DNA of 64,000 nucleotides, from contig JAZDMS010000034.1 in NCBI GenBank assembly GCA_043800705.1, positions 1,827 to 65,826 on the forward strand, in the 5' to 3' direction. Below the pieces are notes generated by a model. It was not told the DNA's origin, searched no databases, and saw only the letters and a program-made list of their open reading frames with translations. A program made the position numbers and the translations under genes. Each line of letters begins with the position of its first letter. Position 1 is the stretch's first letter. This document shows positions 45,843 through 56,291 of this stretch, in pieces. Source of the stretch: Candidatus Altiarchaeota archaeon. GTDB taxonomy: Archaea > Altiarchaeota > Altiarchaeia > IMC4 > SCGC-AAA252-I15.

Positions 45843-47078
45843 TTAGGCCCTATCCCAGAGCACGACCGCCTCGCCGACCACATATATCGACCCGGTCACC
45901 AGTATGATGTCGTCCTTCTTCGCCTTAGACAATGCTAGGCTTACTGCCTCTTTGACCGTTGATGCCGGCTCCCCTTTGACTGCCGTCAGGATATCCTTCG
46001 CCTTAAGCGAGCGCGGATTGGCGTATTCGGTTGCGATGAACATGTCCGCCTCGGAGAGCGTCTTGGCCATCTTCGGCCAGTCTTTGTCCTTCGAGAATCC
46101 CGCGACGACGATGAGCCTGCAGTATTCCAGCCCCTTGACGAATTCCATGCACCTTGCGACCCCGTCCGGGTTGTGGGCGCAGTCGAGTATGACGGTCGGA
46201 TCCCTCTGCACGACGTCGAGGCGGCCGGGCCATTTCGCCTTGTAGACGCCGGAGAGTATTGATTTTTCCGACGCGCCCAGCTCTTCGGCGGCGAGGACTG
46301 CACAGGCTATGTTTTTTGCCTGGAAGGCGCCCCTCAGACCCGAACGGAGCGCGTAATCCCTGCGCGACGTCCTCAAACCGAACGATGTCCCGTCGATGGA
46401 TGTCGAGACCGACTCTGGCCACGCGTCATATCCGACACGCGCCATATTCGCTCCCTTCGCCTCGCATTCCGCGGCCAGCACGTCCAATGCCCCACCCTTA
46501 GCCGCGGTTATCAGGGTCCCGCCTGCGCTGATGATCCCCGCCTTCTCCTTCGCTATCTGCTCTACGGTGTTCCCCAGGTGTTGCATGTGGTCGAGGGCGA
46601 CGTTGGTGATGACTGATAGTTTTGAAGGCATCACATTCGTGGAATCTAGCCTTCCGCCCATGCCGGCCTCCAAGACCATGACGTCTACCTTCTCGTCCGC
46701 GAAATATTTGAGTGCGAGCGCGGTCGTCGCCTCGAAGAACGTCGGAGGCTCCTTCATCGACTCGATGACGGGCTTCAAGAGGCCGGTGATCCTGGCGAAC
46801 TCGTCCTTCGGGATCTGCCTGCCGTCGACGACTATCCGCTCCTTGAACTCTACCAGCTCCGGCGACGTGTAGAGGCCGACTTTTCTCCCGTCCTCCCGGA
46901 GGATCCTCGCGAGGGTGGCGGCGCAGCTTCCTTTGCCGTTGGTGCCCGCTATGTGTACGACCCGCCCGCCGTATTCGAATCCGATTGCGGACAGGAGGTC
47001 GCGAGTGTTCTCGACCCTGAACCTGATCCCAAGCCGCTCAAGCCCCTTGAGATAGGAAAGCGACGAATCGTAGTCCAC
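45843..47078 (-). CDS. folC: Folylpolyglutamate synthase/dihydrofolate synthase
   Basis: HIAGTNGKGS, YTSP, EAGMGGRLDSTN, WPGR, LDCAHNPDG, TGSIY. Confidence 0.95.
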   Translation of the reverse strand: MDYDSSLSYLKGLERLGIRFRVENTRDLLSAIGFEYGGRVVHIAGTNGKGSCAATLARILREDGRKVGLYTSPELVEFKERIVVDGRQIPKDEFARITGLLKPVIESMKEPPTFFEATTALALKYFADEKVDVMVLEAGMGGRLDSTNVMPSKLSVITNVALDHMQHLGNTVEQIAKEKAGIISAGGTLITAAKGGALDVLAAECEAKGANMARVGYDAWPESVSTSIDGTSFGLRTSRRDYALRSGLRGAFQAKNIACAVLAAEELGASEKSILSGVYKAKWPGRLDVVQRDPTVILDCAHNPDGVARCMEFVKGLEYCRLIVVAGFSKDKDWPKMAKTLSEADMFIATEYANPRSLKAKDILTAVKGEPASTVKEAVSLALSKAKKDDIILVTGSIYVVGEAVVLWDRA

Positions 47079-47110
47079 TATATCTCATAAGCGAAGGGCG
47101 TATTAAGGGA

Positions 47111-48328
47111 TTATTCGCCCCTGAGTTTTGCCAGGTTTTTGCTGAACCAGGCGTCGGCTGCCGCCTCATATCGACTGCCTGCCTCGATCCCGTAGAGGGG
47201 GTTGAATACCCCATACCTTTCCGTGTCGACGACGTCCCTCAGCTCATAGAATCCCGGGACGCCAGATTTATCCAACCATGCGCCAAGCTCATCTATGGAT
47301 TTTTTGCTCTTGAGTTTGACCCCTTTAAGGGATTCGTCCAGCCTCCTGCCAAGATCGTCGCTCAGGTTGAGGGCGTCCGGGGCGGTAGGCTGCAGGATCT
47401 TTCGCTGTTCGAACCCTTCGACCCTCCTCCAGAGCTTCCGGGAGGCGCTGTGGTAGAAGACCATGTCTGCTCCTGCGAGACTGGCCCGTACGAACGTCCT
47501 TTTGCCGTCGGCGGTTTCCAGTTTCAGCCCGCTGAGGACGACTATGTCTTCCCTGCCTGCCTCAGAAAGCCGTCCCTGGCCTATTATGATTCTTTTCGGG
47601 TCCAGGTCCTGATTATGGAAATGGTCGCCGAAGACCCGGTAGAAGTACATCCTCGACCGGAGATAAGCCTTGGGGTCAATCCCGCCCCTCATCCCGTTCT
47701 CCACGGCAAGTGCCATCTTCACACGATCCCTGATGAAATGCGGGGCCTCCACTGTGGCAAGCGCCGGGTGCTGCTGACGCGCAAGGAACAGGTTATATTC
47801 TTCCTCGAAATCTCTGCCGAGGTGTCTGGTGCGGACCCGCGCAAGCAGGTTCCCCCCAGCTTCGCCAATGAATAACGGCTTAAAATCGCTGAGGACGCCT
47901 GCCACCGCCGCTTTGACATCCGATTCCTCGGACAGCTCGACTGTGAGGTCGCGCGCAATCTTCCGGAAAGGATCTATCCTCTGATCAATGTTCTTGGCGT
48001 CTGCCCGCATCAGCTCCAGTTCGCGGATCGGAACATTCGACTCAATCTCATCCTCGGGGAACGCGGAGAACACCGCGGCATGGAGGTAGATCCCAGTCGC
48101 CTCGGCCCTGGTGCGGGCCTCCATCTGCCCGCCCGCAGGGTGAAGGGAAGCCCCGAGGCCGGCCAGCTGCCTTAGGTCAAAAAGCCTCAGGAATCTTGGC
48201 ACGTCTTTGGGCTCTAGCCGCCCCGTCTTCGCCTTCGGGAGCAGATCGAACAGGGCTGCATTCCGTAGGTCGGCCTCCGATACGGTGGCCTTAAGCCGCC
48301 CATCTGCGGTCCTCTCGATCAACGCCAT
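47111..48328 (-). CDS. Hypothetical protein (orphan)
   Basis: About 405-aa ORF; start MALIERT with TATTAAT about 25 nt upstream; no recognised motif. Confidence 0.6.
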   Translation of the reverse strand: MALIERTADGRLKATVSEADLRNAALFDLLPKAKTGRLEPKDVPRFLRLFDLRQLAGLGASLHPAGGQMEARTRAEATGIYLHAAVFSAFPEDEIESNVPIRELELMRADAKNIDQRIDPFRKIARDLTVELSEESDVKAAVAGVLSDFKPLFIGEAGGNLLARVRTRHLGRDFEEEYNLFLARQQHPALATVEAPHFIRDRVKMALAVENGMRGGIDPKAYLRSRMYFYRVFGDHFHNQDLDPKRIIIGQGRLSEAGREDIVVLSGLKLETADGKRTFVRASLAGADMVFYHSASRKLWRRVEGFEQRKILQPTAPDALNLSDDLGRRLDESLKGVKLKSKKSIDELGAWLDKSGVPGFYELRDVVDTERYGVFNPLYGIEAGSRYEAAADAWFSKNLAKLRGE

Positions 48329-48434
48329 ATTGTAGGATTTGGGAAGGCATTGGATTAATAGTGGCATAGGATGACCCTTCACCATGCCTTTGGCGCTCGC
48401 CCAGGATATATCCCCAGGATGCCCTAAGGTTACT

Positions 48435-50315
48435 ATGGCAAGCTCCGGCGAGTCGTTGGCGGGCCCCCGCGACAAAGGCGATGTCGAAGCCTCCCGGCTG
48501 CCCGGAATCATCGATGGGCCAATGCTCGGCAGGAGGTCCGTTGACTTTGCCCGAAGCCTGCCGTCTTACACGAAAGGCCAGCTGGCGTACTATTCACGGA
48601 TTAAGGGAAAGATAAATCCGAAGGACGTCGATGCGATATTGGAAGGCGACGGAGGCGCCAGGGAAGAATACGGGAAGCTCGAAGCCCAGGAGGCAACGCT
48701 GGTGCGAGGAGACCATTCGCTGAAGCTTGGAACCGCAGTCGTCGGCGTCGAGCTCCAGGCGTATCAGCCCCGCGTGAACAGGAGCGTCGTGCGCAAAACG
48801 TCGGACCTCGCGGGGGTGTATTCCCTCGCCGGCTCGACCATCCAGGGGAACGAGTTCATAGACAGGGTGAAGGAGTTCGTGAGCCAGACCCCGAGCCCAA
48901 ACGAGAGTGGTGGGGCCGTGACCTATTTCGGCGAATTCGTCCGAAATACCCTGATACAGATCGTCGTGATGGGGGAGATGCTAACCGAAAAGGGCGTCGC
49001 GAGCCCCCTGACCCTCACGATGCCCGAGACTACATTCAGGCTCGTGAGGCAGTTTTATCCGAACGTCTTCGAGAGGGTGAGGCGCGCACATGAATCCGGC
49101 GCCCTGGACGTCGGCCTCTCCAACGCCCACCACACCATCGCCCCGCTTCTGTCGAAGGACGACCTTCATAGGGAATACTCACATTCGCTGGAGTATTATC
49201 TAAAGCACTTCAAGCCTAGGGACGGGAAGGTGTGCCTCCACATCCCCGAGCAAGCGAAGACCGGCGACCTGCTCGAGGTGCTGACGAAGGTACAGAAGGA
49301 CCACGGCGTGAAGTTCATAGTGTGCTTCGACTCAAACCACCACAACGACGGCTTTGACATAAGCAGGGCTGTGCGGTTCCAGTCAGCAGACCCGCCCGTC
49401 GACCTGACCGCATTCTTCCGCGCGTTCAACGCATGCGACACCATGGCCTTCAAGGTGACCAACAGGGGCGACCCATTGTCTGACGACGAGAGGGCAAAAA
49501 GGGACCCCTCCGGGCTGAATCCCGAAAGGGAGGAAGGATGGGCTAACCAGGAGGCGAAGCGGCTCTTCGGCCTCTTCGCATGCGACCTCTTCGGCACGAA
49601 CCGGGAGCAGGCGATCTGGCGAGATCCGCTATATGAAGGCAGGGACTCCGCCATAATCCTCGCCAATGACGCCGAATTCATCGGCCTGCACCATCCAGGA
49701 GAGGGTTACCCCTTCCTCACGTTCCTTGAAACCCTCGGGGATTTCGGAATAAAGACCGCGTCGTTCCATAGGACCCTCGACATGGTCGGCGCCGCGACAG
49801 AATCGCAGAAGCGCCCGCACGACGCCAGCTGGAGCGGCGGATTCGGCCTATGGATCAATCCGAGGACTCAATGGCTGAGGGACATCGTCGGAGGCACGCT
49901 CTCCGAGTACAATAAACCGCTGCTTGAGGCCACCGCACTTCTCTCCAAGCACAACACCGGAATGAAGGAGAAGGACCTGCCCAGGGAACTGAGCGCAGCA
50001 TGGGAGAATTACGGCCTTTCTCTCATATCATGCCCATACTGGTGGAGCGGGTGGGAGGCCGACTACCCCAACAACGTGCCGGTGATACCGGAACTCTTCC
50101 GCAACATCGCATCATGCGGCAAGGACCTGGATACGATGCTGTCCCGCATGATCGAAACACCCGGGAGATACGGACTCCCTGCAGCCGAAATCGACGGCCT
50201 CAAGGCAGCGCATGCTAAACTCAGGGAGGCTGACGGGCGATTCCGCGAAAGCCCGGCTGCGAGGCAGTACGGCCCCCTCAAGGACATACTCGACAATTAC
50301 AGGAGACTCGATTAG
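48435..50315 (+). CDS. Divergent glycoside hydrolase family 57-like protein
   Basis: QAYQP, HHTIAPLL, HIPEQA (nucleophile Glu), NDAEF (acid/base Asp), SWSGGFGLW. Confidence 0.7.
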   Translation: MASSGESLAGPRDKGDVEASRLPGIIDGPMLGRRSVDFARSLPSYTKGQLAYYSRIKGKINPKDVDAILEGDGGAREEYGKLEAQEATLVRGDHSLKLGTAVVGVELQAYQPRVNRSVVRKTSDLAGVYSLAGSTIQGNEFIDRVKEFVSQTPSPNESGGAVTYFGEFVRNTLIQIVVMGEMLTEKGVASPLTLTMPETTFRLVRQFYPNVFERVRRAHESGALDVGLSNAHHTIAPLLSKDDLHREYSHSLEYYLKHFKPRDGKVCLHIPEQAKTGDLLEVLTKVQKDHGVKFIVCFDSNHHNDGFDISRAVRFQSADPPVDLTAFFRAFNACDTMAFKVTNRGDPLSDDERAKRDPSGLNPEREEGWANQEAKRLFGLFACDLFGTNREQAIWRDPLYEGRDSAIILANDAEFIGLHHPGEGYPFLTFLETLGDFGIKTASFHRTLDMVGAATESQKRPHDASWSGGFGLWINPRTQWLRDIVGGTLSEYNKPLLEATALLSKHNTGMKEKDLPRELSAAWENYGLSLISCPYWWSGWEADYPNNVPVIPELFRNIASCGKDLDTMLSRMIETPGRYGLPAAEIDGLKAAHAKLREADGRFRESPAARQYGPLKDILDNYRRLD

Positions 50316-51970
50316 AACAGCCCGTGTATCATCCCTTCGTCGTCTATGCTGATGTTCTCCGCCGCCGGCTTCTTTGGAAGGCCTGGCATCGTCAGTATCT
50401 TGCCACAGTAGGCGACGAGGAATCCGGCGCCCGCCGAGGCCTTTATCTTGCTGACGGTTATCGTGAATCCCTTAGGTGCGCCAAGGAGGTTCGGGTCGTC
50501 CGAGAGGCTCTTCTGGGTCTTGCTCATGCAGATGGGCAGCTTCGCGAACCCCTGCTTCTCCAAAAGGCCCATTAGATTGTTGGCTTCCTCGGTGAATTTG
50601 ACGTCGTCTGCTCCGTAGATCTTCGTCGCAATCGCCTTGATCTTTTCCTTTATCGGCTTTTCCGGGTCATATAGCCTGCGGTATGCGTTCGGTTTTTCAA
50701 ACGCGGCGACGACCTTCTTCGCCAGATCGAGCCCGCCTTGCCCGCCTTTTGCGTGGACTTCGGACATCGCGACATCGACTTTGAGCCTCCTGCATTCGCC
50801 GAGGACATAATCCAGCTCCTTTTCTGTGTCGGTCGAGAACCGGTTGAGCGCGACGACGAGGGGGACGCCGAACTGGCCTACGTTCTCCATCTGCTTCTTC
50901 AGGTTCTGGAAGCCTTTTTCCAATGCCGCCATGTCCTCCTTCGAGTAATCCTTAGCGCCGCCGTGGTGCTTGATAGCCCGGACAGTGGCGACGAGGACGA
51001 CGGCGTCTGGCCGGAAACCCGCCTGCGGGCAGACTATGTCGAGGAATTTTTCCGCGCCGAGGTCGGCTCCGAATCCCGCCTCGGTGACGACGACGTCGGA
51101 CAACTTCAAAGCGATCTTCGTGGCGATTATGGAATTCGTCCCGTGGGCTATGTTCGCGAACGGGCCGCCGTGGATGAACGCCGGCCCGCCTTCAAGGGTC
51201 TGGACAAGGTTTGGGTTGAGCGCGTCGCGAAGAAGCGCAGCCATCGCCCCCTCGGCCTTGAGGTCTGACGCCCTGACAGGCTTTCCGAAGAACGTGTATG
51301 CGACGACCATCCTGCCGAGACGCTCCTTGAGGTCGTGGTAGCTCTCCGACAGGCACAGGACCGCCATGACCTCGCTTGCCGCGGTGATGTCGAACTTGTC
51401 CTCCCTGGCCAGGCCCGCCGATTCCCCGAGGCCGATGAATATCCTCCGAAGGCTTCGGTCGTTCATGTCGGTGACTCGTCTCCAGACGACCTTGGTCGGA
51501 TCTATGTTTAGGTCGTTGCCTTGGAATATGTGGTTGTCTATCAGTGCTGAGAGGAGGTTGTTGGCTGCGGAGACCGACGGTATGTCGCCTGTGAAGTAGA
51601 GGTTGATGTCCTCCATCGGAAGCACCTGGCTGAATCCTCCCCCGGCCGCGCCGCCTTTGACGCCCATGACGGGGCCTAGGGACGGCTCCCTCAGGCACGC
51701 CGTCGACTTTATGCCAATCTTTCTGAGGGCCTGGGCCAGCCCGACTGTGGTGGTGGTCTTGCCTTCGCCTGCAGGCGTCGGATTCATCGACGTGACTAGA
51801 ACCAATTTCCCGCTCTTTTTGGCGTCAAGCCTCTTCAGGAGCTTCAGCGAGACCTTGGCCTTGTACTTGCCGTAGAGCATCAGGTCATCTCCCGGGATTC
51901 CAAGCTCCTTCGCAACCTCGCCGATCGGCCTCAGAGCAACCTTGTGTGCGATGTCGATGTCCGAATCCAT
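50312..51970 (-). CDS. fhs: Formate--tetrahydrofolate ligase
   Basis: PTPAGEGKTTT, KGGAAGGG, HGGPFANIAHG, TEAGFGADLG, TMPGLP; start MDSDI. Confidence 0.97.
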   Translation of the reverse strand: MDSDIDIAHKVALRPIGEVAKELGIPGDDLMLYGKYKAKVSLKLLKRLDAKKSGKLVLVTSMNPTPAGEGKTTTTVGLAQALRKIGIKSTACLREPSLGPVMGVKGGAAGGGFSQVLPMEDINLYFTGDIPSVSAANNLLSALIDNHIFQGNDLNIDPTKVVWRRVTDMNDRSLRRIFIGLGESAGLAREDKFDITAASEVMAVLCLSESYHDLKERLGRMVVAYTFFGKPVRASDLKAEGAMAALLRDALNPNLVQTLEGGPAFIHGGPFANIAHGTNSIIATKIALKLSDVVVTEAGFGADLGAEKFLDIVCPQAGFRPDAVVLVATVRAIKHHGGAKDYSKEDMAALEKGFQNLKKQMENVGQFGVPLVVALNRFSTDTEKELDYVLGECRRLKVDVAMSEVHAKGGQGGLDLAKKVVAAFEKPNAYRRLYDPEKPIKEKIKAIATKIYGADDVKFTEEANNLMGLLEKQGFAKLPICMSKTQKSLSDDPNLLGAPKGFTITVSKIKASAGAGFLVAYCGKILTMPGLPKKPAAENISIDDEGMIHGLF

Positions 51971-52031
51971 AAAAGTGATTAAAGAACATGCGGATAAAAG
52001 AGTGGAGAAAGTTACGCGGCTTCTCGGCAGG

Positions 52032-53348
52032 TCACGCGTCCTGGCTCTTCGGCCTAGAAAGCAGATCGACTGCGTCGAGGAGCCTTTCAATGGCGATGTC
52101 TTCCTCGCCCGGCTTCTTATATCGTATCGCAAATTCGGCAACGGGATTCGAGACGTCTTTGCGCCCGATTTTCATGCATTGGGCCATGACCCGGATAATC
52201 CTTTTTTCCAGAGGTATCCCTATCTCGCGGACGTTCGGTATTTCGATGCCGAGCTGGCATTCGATGACGCCCATGAGCTCTTCAGCCAAGGCCTGATGCT
52301 GGCCTGCCGCCTCAAGATTAAAGCATTCGGCCAGCCCCCGCGATTCATGTCCGTGTGCGACGCTTCCGAATCTTGCTCCGAGTTCCATGAGTTTATCAGC
52401 CAACGAAATACCATTCCATTGGGGGGGTGCGGATGCCAATTGAGGCTCACGCCATACCGGCTCGACCGCTCCTGGGACGGGTTTGGCCGCTGGCGCCGGC
52501 TTCAGCGCAGACTCCAAATTCTTGACCCTGATATCGAGCAGACACTCCCTCACGTAACCGATCCCACGACCCATGCGAGATGCTACTCGGCGCTCATAGT
52601 GTCCGTATGTGGTGTCTGTCCCTTTCAACGCGGCTAGGTCAACGCTCCTTAGCGTCCCGGGTTCCCTGTACCAACCCTCGCTCGGATTCGAGGCGCCCGG
52701 CCTTTTCGCCTCCTCCAAACCGGCAGGGGTCAGGTAGCTCCTGTCGTCCACCGGATCGAATATGTCAAAATCCGGCGGGAGGGGCTGTGAAATGACCTTC
52801 AAGCCTTCGACAGCCCTTTCGAGGCCGCCAAATCCTTTTAAGACGTTTGAGGGATGTTCCCTGTCCGCTCCCCGGAAGAACGACTCAAGTGACGTGCGCA
52901 TGACAATCCCCACATCAGCCTTCATCTGAGGGTCGGCATCCCTTGACGCTGCGAAATGCCAGCATCCGAGCCTTGTGGTCGCATCGCGGTGGCTGTTGGA
53001 CATCCTGGACTTGGCGGTAAGGACTTTCTCGCCGTCTTTCCGCTCATACGGGACATTCTGCAGGAGCCACGACACCCAAACACCCATGTCCTCGGCGTTC
53101 AACGGCCCCATGCCATCGTATACGAGAGCCCGCATCACCCTGTCGAAGGTGTCGAATCTGCATTCATCCCTGATCTCCCGCGCCATGGTCTGGGAGAGGG
53201 GGTCATCCATCCTGCGGAAGCAGTTCAGCTGCCCGAGCCTCAGCTCCTGCTGGGGAGCCCCTATACGCGTGTCGTTGAGGGGGTCCTGCCCCAAGATGAG
53301 CCGCCTCATCTCATCGTCATTTAGGGCCTGGATTTTGCCGTGAGCCAT
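52032..53348 (-). CDS. Hypothetical protein (orphan)
   Basis: 438-aa ORF with a Pro/Ala linker (KPAPAAKPVP); no recognised motif. Confidence 0.6.
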   Translation of the reverse strand: MAHGKIQALNDDEMRRLILGQDPLNDTRIGAPQQELRLGQLNCFRRMDDPLSQTMAREIRDECRFDTFDRVMRALVYDGMGPLNAEDMGVWVSWLLQNVPYERKDGEKVLTAKSRMSNSHRDATTRLGCWHFAASRDADPQMKADVGIVMRTSLESFFRGADREHPSNVLKGFGGLERAVEGLKVISQPLPPDFDIFDPVDDRSYLTPAGLEEAKRPGASNPSEGWYREPGTLRSVDLAALKGTDTTYGHYERRVASRMGRGIGYVRECLLDIRVKNLESALKPAPAAKPVPGAVEPVWREPQLASAPPQWNGISLADKLMELGARFGSVAHGHESRGLAECFNLEAAGQHQALAEELMGVIECQLGIEIPNVREIGIPLEKRIIRVMAQCMKIGRKDVSNPVAEFAIRYKKPGEEDIAIERLLDAVDLLSRPKSQDA

Positions 53349-53505
53349 ATCGCACAGAAGTATATCTAAGATACTGGCAGGCTAAGGATTAATAAGGGGT
53401 CTCGGGGATTACCGCCGCCGCTTCTTTCCATGACGAGGCCTGGCAGGATTTGGCGAAAAAAGAGGAGTTACAGGGATTAATATCTATTCTTCCTAAAGGG
53501 TAGCT

Positions 53506-55245
53506 ATGCCAGACAATACCAGTTCGCCAACCGGGATTCAACCCCTCGGACAGATGCCGCTGCCCGAGATTGTTTTGGCTCTGCAGGACGACCAGATTGT
53601 TTACCTGAAAAAACCGGGCAGTGAGCTCGTCATGGACGGCAAGATTATGAGGGGGCCGGTCATTGACTCGAAGGGGGGGATGCAATATGTCGTCGGGGAA
53701 CGGGATAGTTCCTTTACGGAAGAAGACCCGAAAAGGCTGAATCAACTGCTTCATTTTGAGGAACTTGCCAGGACAGGGCAGATAATCGCGACGACGCCTG
53801 AAGAGATTTTTTTGAACGGCATCGGCGGCGACCGGAGCAAACTAGCCATGTTCCATACCTGCGGAGGGGAGGGATCGTCTTTCGGAGTCAACATAGCCAC
53901 AGTCAGCGACGCCATATCCGACGAGTATGTTGTTTTGGGGTCCTGGCAGGGGTTTGGGAGTGCGGTGAAGAAAAAGGGGGAGTTCGCTAGATCATTAACC
54001 GTCCTGAATGCGGCGCATGTCCGTGAGAGGATCGGACACACCGCCGGATCGCCGCTTGGAATGTCCAGGATCAAGCCTGGGTTTGGCTCACCCGAGGAGA
54101 CGCAATTCATGGAGAACCACGAAGGGGTGGGAATAATCTACGGCACGGGCGGGGGAGACCTTTCCAAGAACTTTAAGAGGGTATACGACCTCATGCGAGA
54201 GGACCCCGGAAGATACGGGAACATCCCCGTCGGCGTCACCCCAAAAAGCATGGACAACGACCTGGGGATACAGCTGGCTGACGGCACAACCGTCAATTCG
54301 CTGATGCTCGGCTATCTCTCAACAGCCCACGCCATGCGCAGACACTGGTTCGACGAATTTCAAAGCGCAGCGGGAGCGGGGAGGGGGGTTGTCGGGTTCT
54401 TCTTCGGAAGGGGAGCGGGATGGACCGTCCTTGGCGCGATCAGATGCGACGAAGCCTATAAGCAGAGGATGAGGGAGGAGGGTATCCTGACAAGAGACCT
54501 GGAGAACAAGATGGACGGCCTGGGGTCAAAGCAGATCGGCCTCGTACCCGAGGAGGAAGTCACGATACAACAGCTCGTGGATGCCGTCAAACTCGTATAC
54601 GGCAGGGGCAGAGACAAGACTGTCGGTGTGGCGTGCTCGGAGGGGGCGATGATAGTCGAAGTGGATAATGAAGGCAGAAGACTCAACAGGATACTCAAAC
54701 AAAAAGAGGCCGAAGGACCGGACGCATTAAGGGAATGGAAGGCGAAGGTCATGGCCAAGGCGCAAAAAGGCGAGTTTGAGGGCGTCATTGTAGACGAAAA
54801 GCTGGGGGAGGTTTTCAAAGCCAGGCCTGACGTGGGCCTCGAGTTCATCAATGATGCGGTAATCGAGCCGAAAACGGATGCCTGGGGCCACACCCACGTA
54901 AAGATGATACCGAAGATAGTCGATGCCATCGTGAATGTGCTTGCAGGGATAAAGACAAACTACGTGGAGATCAGATACGAGGCGCGAACAGGCGAGACCA
55001 TACCATCAGACAGGGCTCTTGGCGAAAGGACGGGAAAGTTAGCCGGCGAAAAACTCATGGAAGGCAAGTCGGGCCTCACGACAGTCGTCTACAAGGCCGG
55101 GGAAGACCCGCTGCTGATGGATCCAAGCCGAATGGAGGCCACATTCACACCTTTTGACCAGATTAGGGGGATGACGGAGCACGACAACAACCTCAAACAG
55201 CTGGATAGGGGATACATTCGCGGCCTCGGCATCCTAACTGCGTGA
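53506..55245 (+). CDS. Divergent PfkA-family phosphofructokinase-like protein 1
   Basis: CGGEG, GSPLGMSR, GTGGGD, PKSMDND, FGRGAGW, LVPE, CSEG, YEAR. Confidence 0.75.
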   Translation: MPDNTSSPTGIQPLGQMPLPEIVLALQDDQIVYLKKPGSELVMDGKIMRGPVIDSKGGMQYVVGERDSSFTEEDPKRLNQLLHFEELARTGQIIATTPEEIFLNGIGGDRSKLAMFHTCGGEGSSFGVNIATVSDAISDEYVVLGSWQGFGSAVKKKGEFARSLTVLNAAHVRERIGHTAGSPLGMSRIKPGFGSPEETQFMENHEGVGIIYGTGGGDLSKNFKRVYDLMREDPGRYGNIPVGVTPKSMDNDLGIQLADGTTVNSLMLGYLSTAHAMRRHWFDEFQSAAGAGRGVVGFFFGRGAGWTVLGAIRCDEAYKQRMREEGILTRDLENKMDGLGSKQIGLVPEEEVTIQQLVDAVKLVYGRGRDKTVGVACSEGAMIVEVDNEGRRLNRILKQKEAEGPDALREWKAKVMAKAQKGEFEGVIVDEKLGEVFKARPDVGLEFINDAVIEPKTDAWGHTHVKMIPKIVDAIVNVLAGIKTNYVEIRYEARTGETIPSDRALGERTGKLAGEKLMEGKSGLTTVVYKAGEDPLLMDPSRMEATFTPFDQIRGMTEHDNNLKQLDRGYIRGLGILTA

Positions 55246-56265
55246 GACTGGCTTGAGGGCATATGCCCTTTTTCCAAGGCCGATCTTTTCGGCATATTCA
55301 AGTATGTGGGTCCCGTCGATTTCGTGTTTCTTGAGGAACGGGTCTTTTCCGTTGCTCCTCTCCTTGACGAGGTCGAAGGCGGCCTGGTCGCATGCCACAG
55401 GATCGTCGCTCAGGACGATGCCTATGTCCTTCATGAACGGCTTCTGGTCAGTCCCCATGCAGTCGCAGTCGTATGTGAGGTCGGTTATGAAGTTCATATG
55501 CCACCACCTGCGGCCCCTGACCGCCGCCAGGGCGTATTCCGCTATCTTCTCCATTAGGACGTTGTTGACCTCATTCGACATGTTCCAGGGTATGTCTAAT
55601 GCCCCCCTCGGGCAGACGGCGATGCAGTGGGCGCAGCCGACGCATTTGCCCGAGTCGATGGCTGCCACGTCGCCGAGGGTGATGGCGCCGACGGGACAGT
55701 CGGCGACACAGGTCCCGCATGCGACGCATTTGGCGCCATTCACTATCGGGGATATGATGGAGTGCATGTCCATCTTCCCGCCGCGTGAGCCGAGGCCCAT
55801 CCCGATGTTCTTCAGAACTCCGCCGAATCCCGTCGCCATGTGGCCTTTGAAGTGCGAGACCGAGACGAGTCGGTCGTATTTTTCCAATCCGGCTCCGAGC
55901 TTAGCGGCCTTCGTGCGGCCGACGTTCACCGGGACCTCCATCGATGCCTCCCCCATCTCGCCGTCGAGTATGTCTATGTCGATGAAGCCGAACCCGTGCC
56001 TCTTCGCAGTGGCGACGTGGTCCGCCTTCCTCGTCCTTGAGCCCCGATACATGACGTTGCATTCGACGAAGACCGGCCTGTCGAAGATGGTCTTCGCATC
56101 CCTGAGCCACTCCGGTTTGACGTGTGTTTTATTGCCCTCCTCGCCGAAGTGGACCTTGAAGCCGACCATGCCCGGGCAGAGAACGTCGCGTATTATCTTG
56201 AAACACTCTGATGCCCCATCCCTGAGCCTGGAGACATCGCTCCACAGGTAAACAGATGAGGCCAT
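55234..56265 (-). CDS. DUF362 protein with a 2x[4Fe-4S] ferredoxin domain
   Basis: KVHFGEEGN, SHFKGH, GGVLKNIGMG, CVACGTC..CP, CVGCAHC..CP, CDC, DPVACD. Confidence 0.9.
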   Translation of the reverse strand: MASSVYLWSDVSRLRDGASECFKIIRDVLCPGMVGFKVHFGEEGNKTHVKPEWLRDAKTIFDRPVFVECNVMYRGSRTRKADHVATAKRHGFGFIDIDILDGEMGEASMEVPVNVGRTKAAKLGAGLEKYDRLVSVSHFKGHMATGFGGVLKNIGMGLGSRGGKMDMHSIISPIVNGAKCVACGTCVADCPVGAITLGDVAAIDSGKCVGCAHCIAVCPRGALDIPWNMSNEVNNVLMEKIAEYALAAVRGRRWWHMNFITDLTYDCDCMGTDQKPFMKDIGIVLSDDPVACDQAAFDLVKERSNGKDPFLKKHEIDGTHILEYAEKIGLGKRAYALKPVSRS

Positions 56266-56291
56266 AATAGAGTATCGAAGGGGGGATAAAA

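Noticed and set aside
51942-52637. 231-aa plus-strand ORF
   Set aside because: Overlaps the fhs start and the longer minus-strand 438-aa ORF; no motif support.
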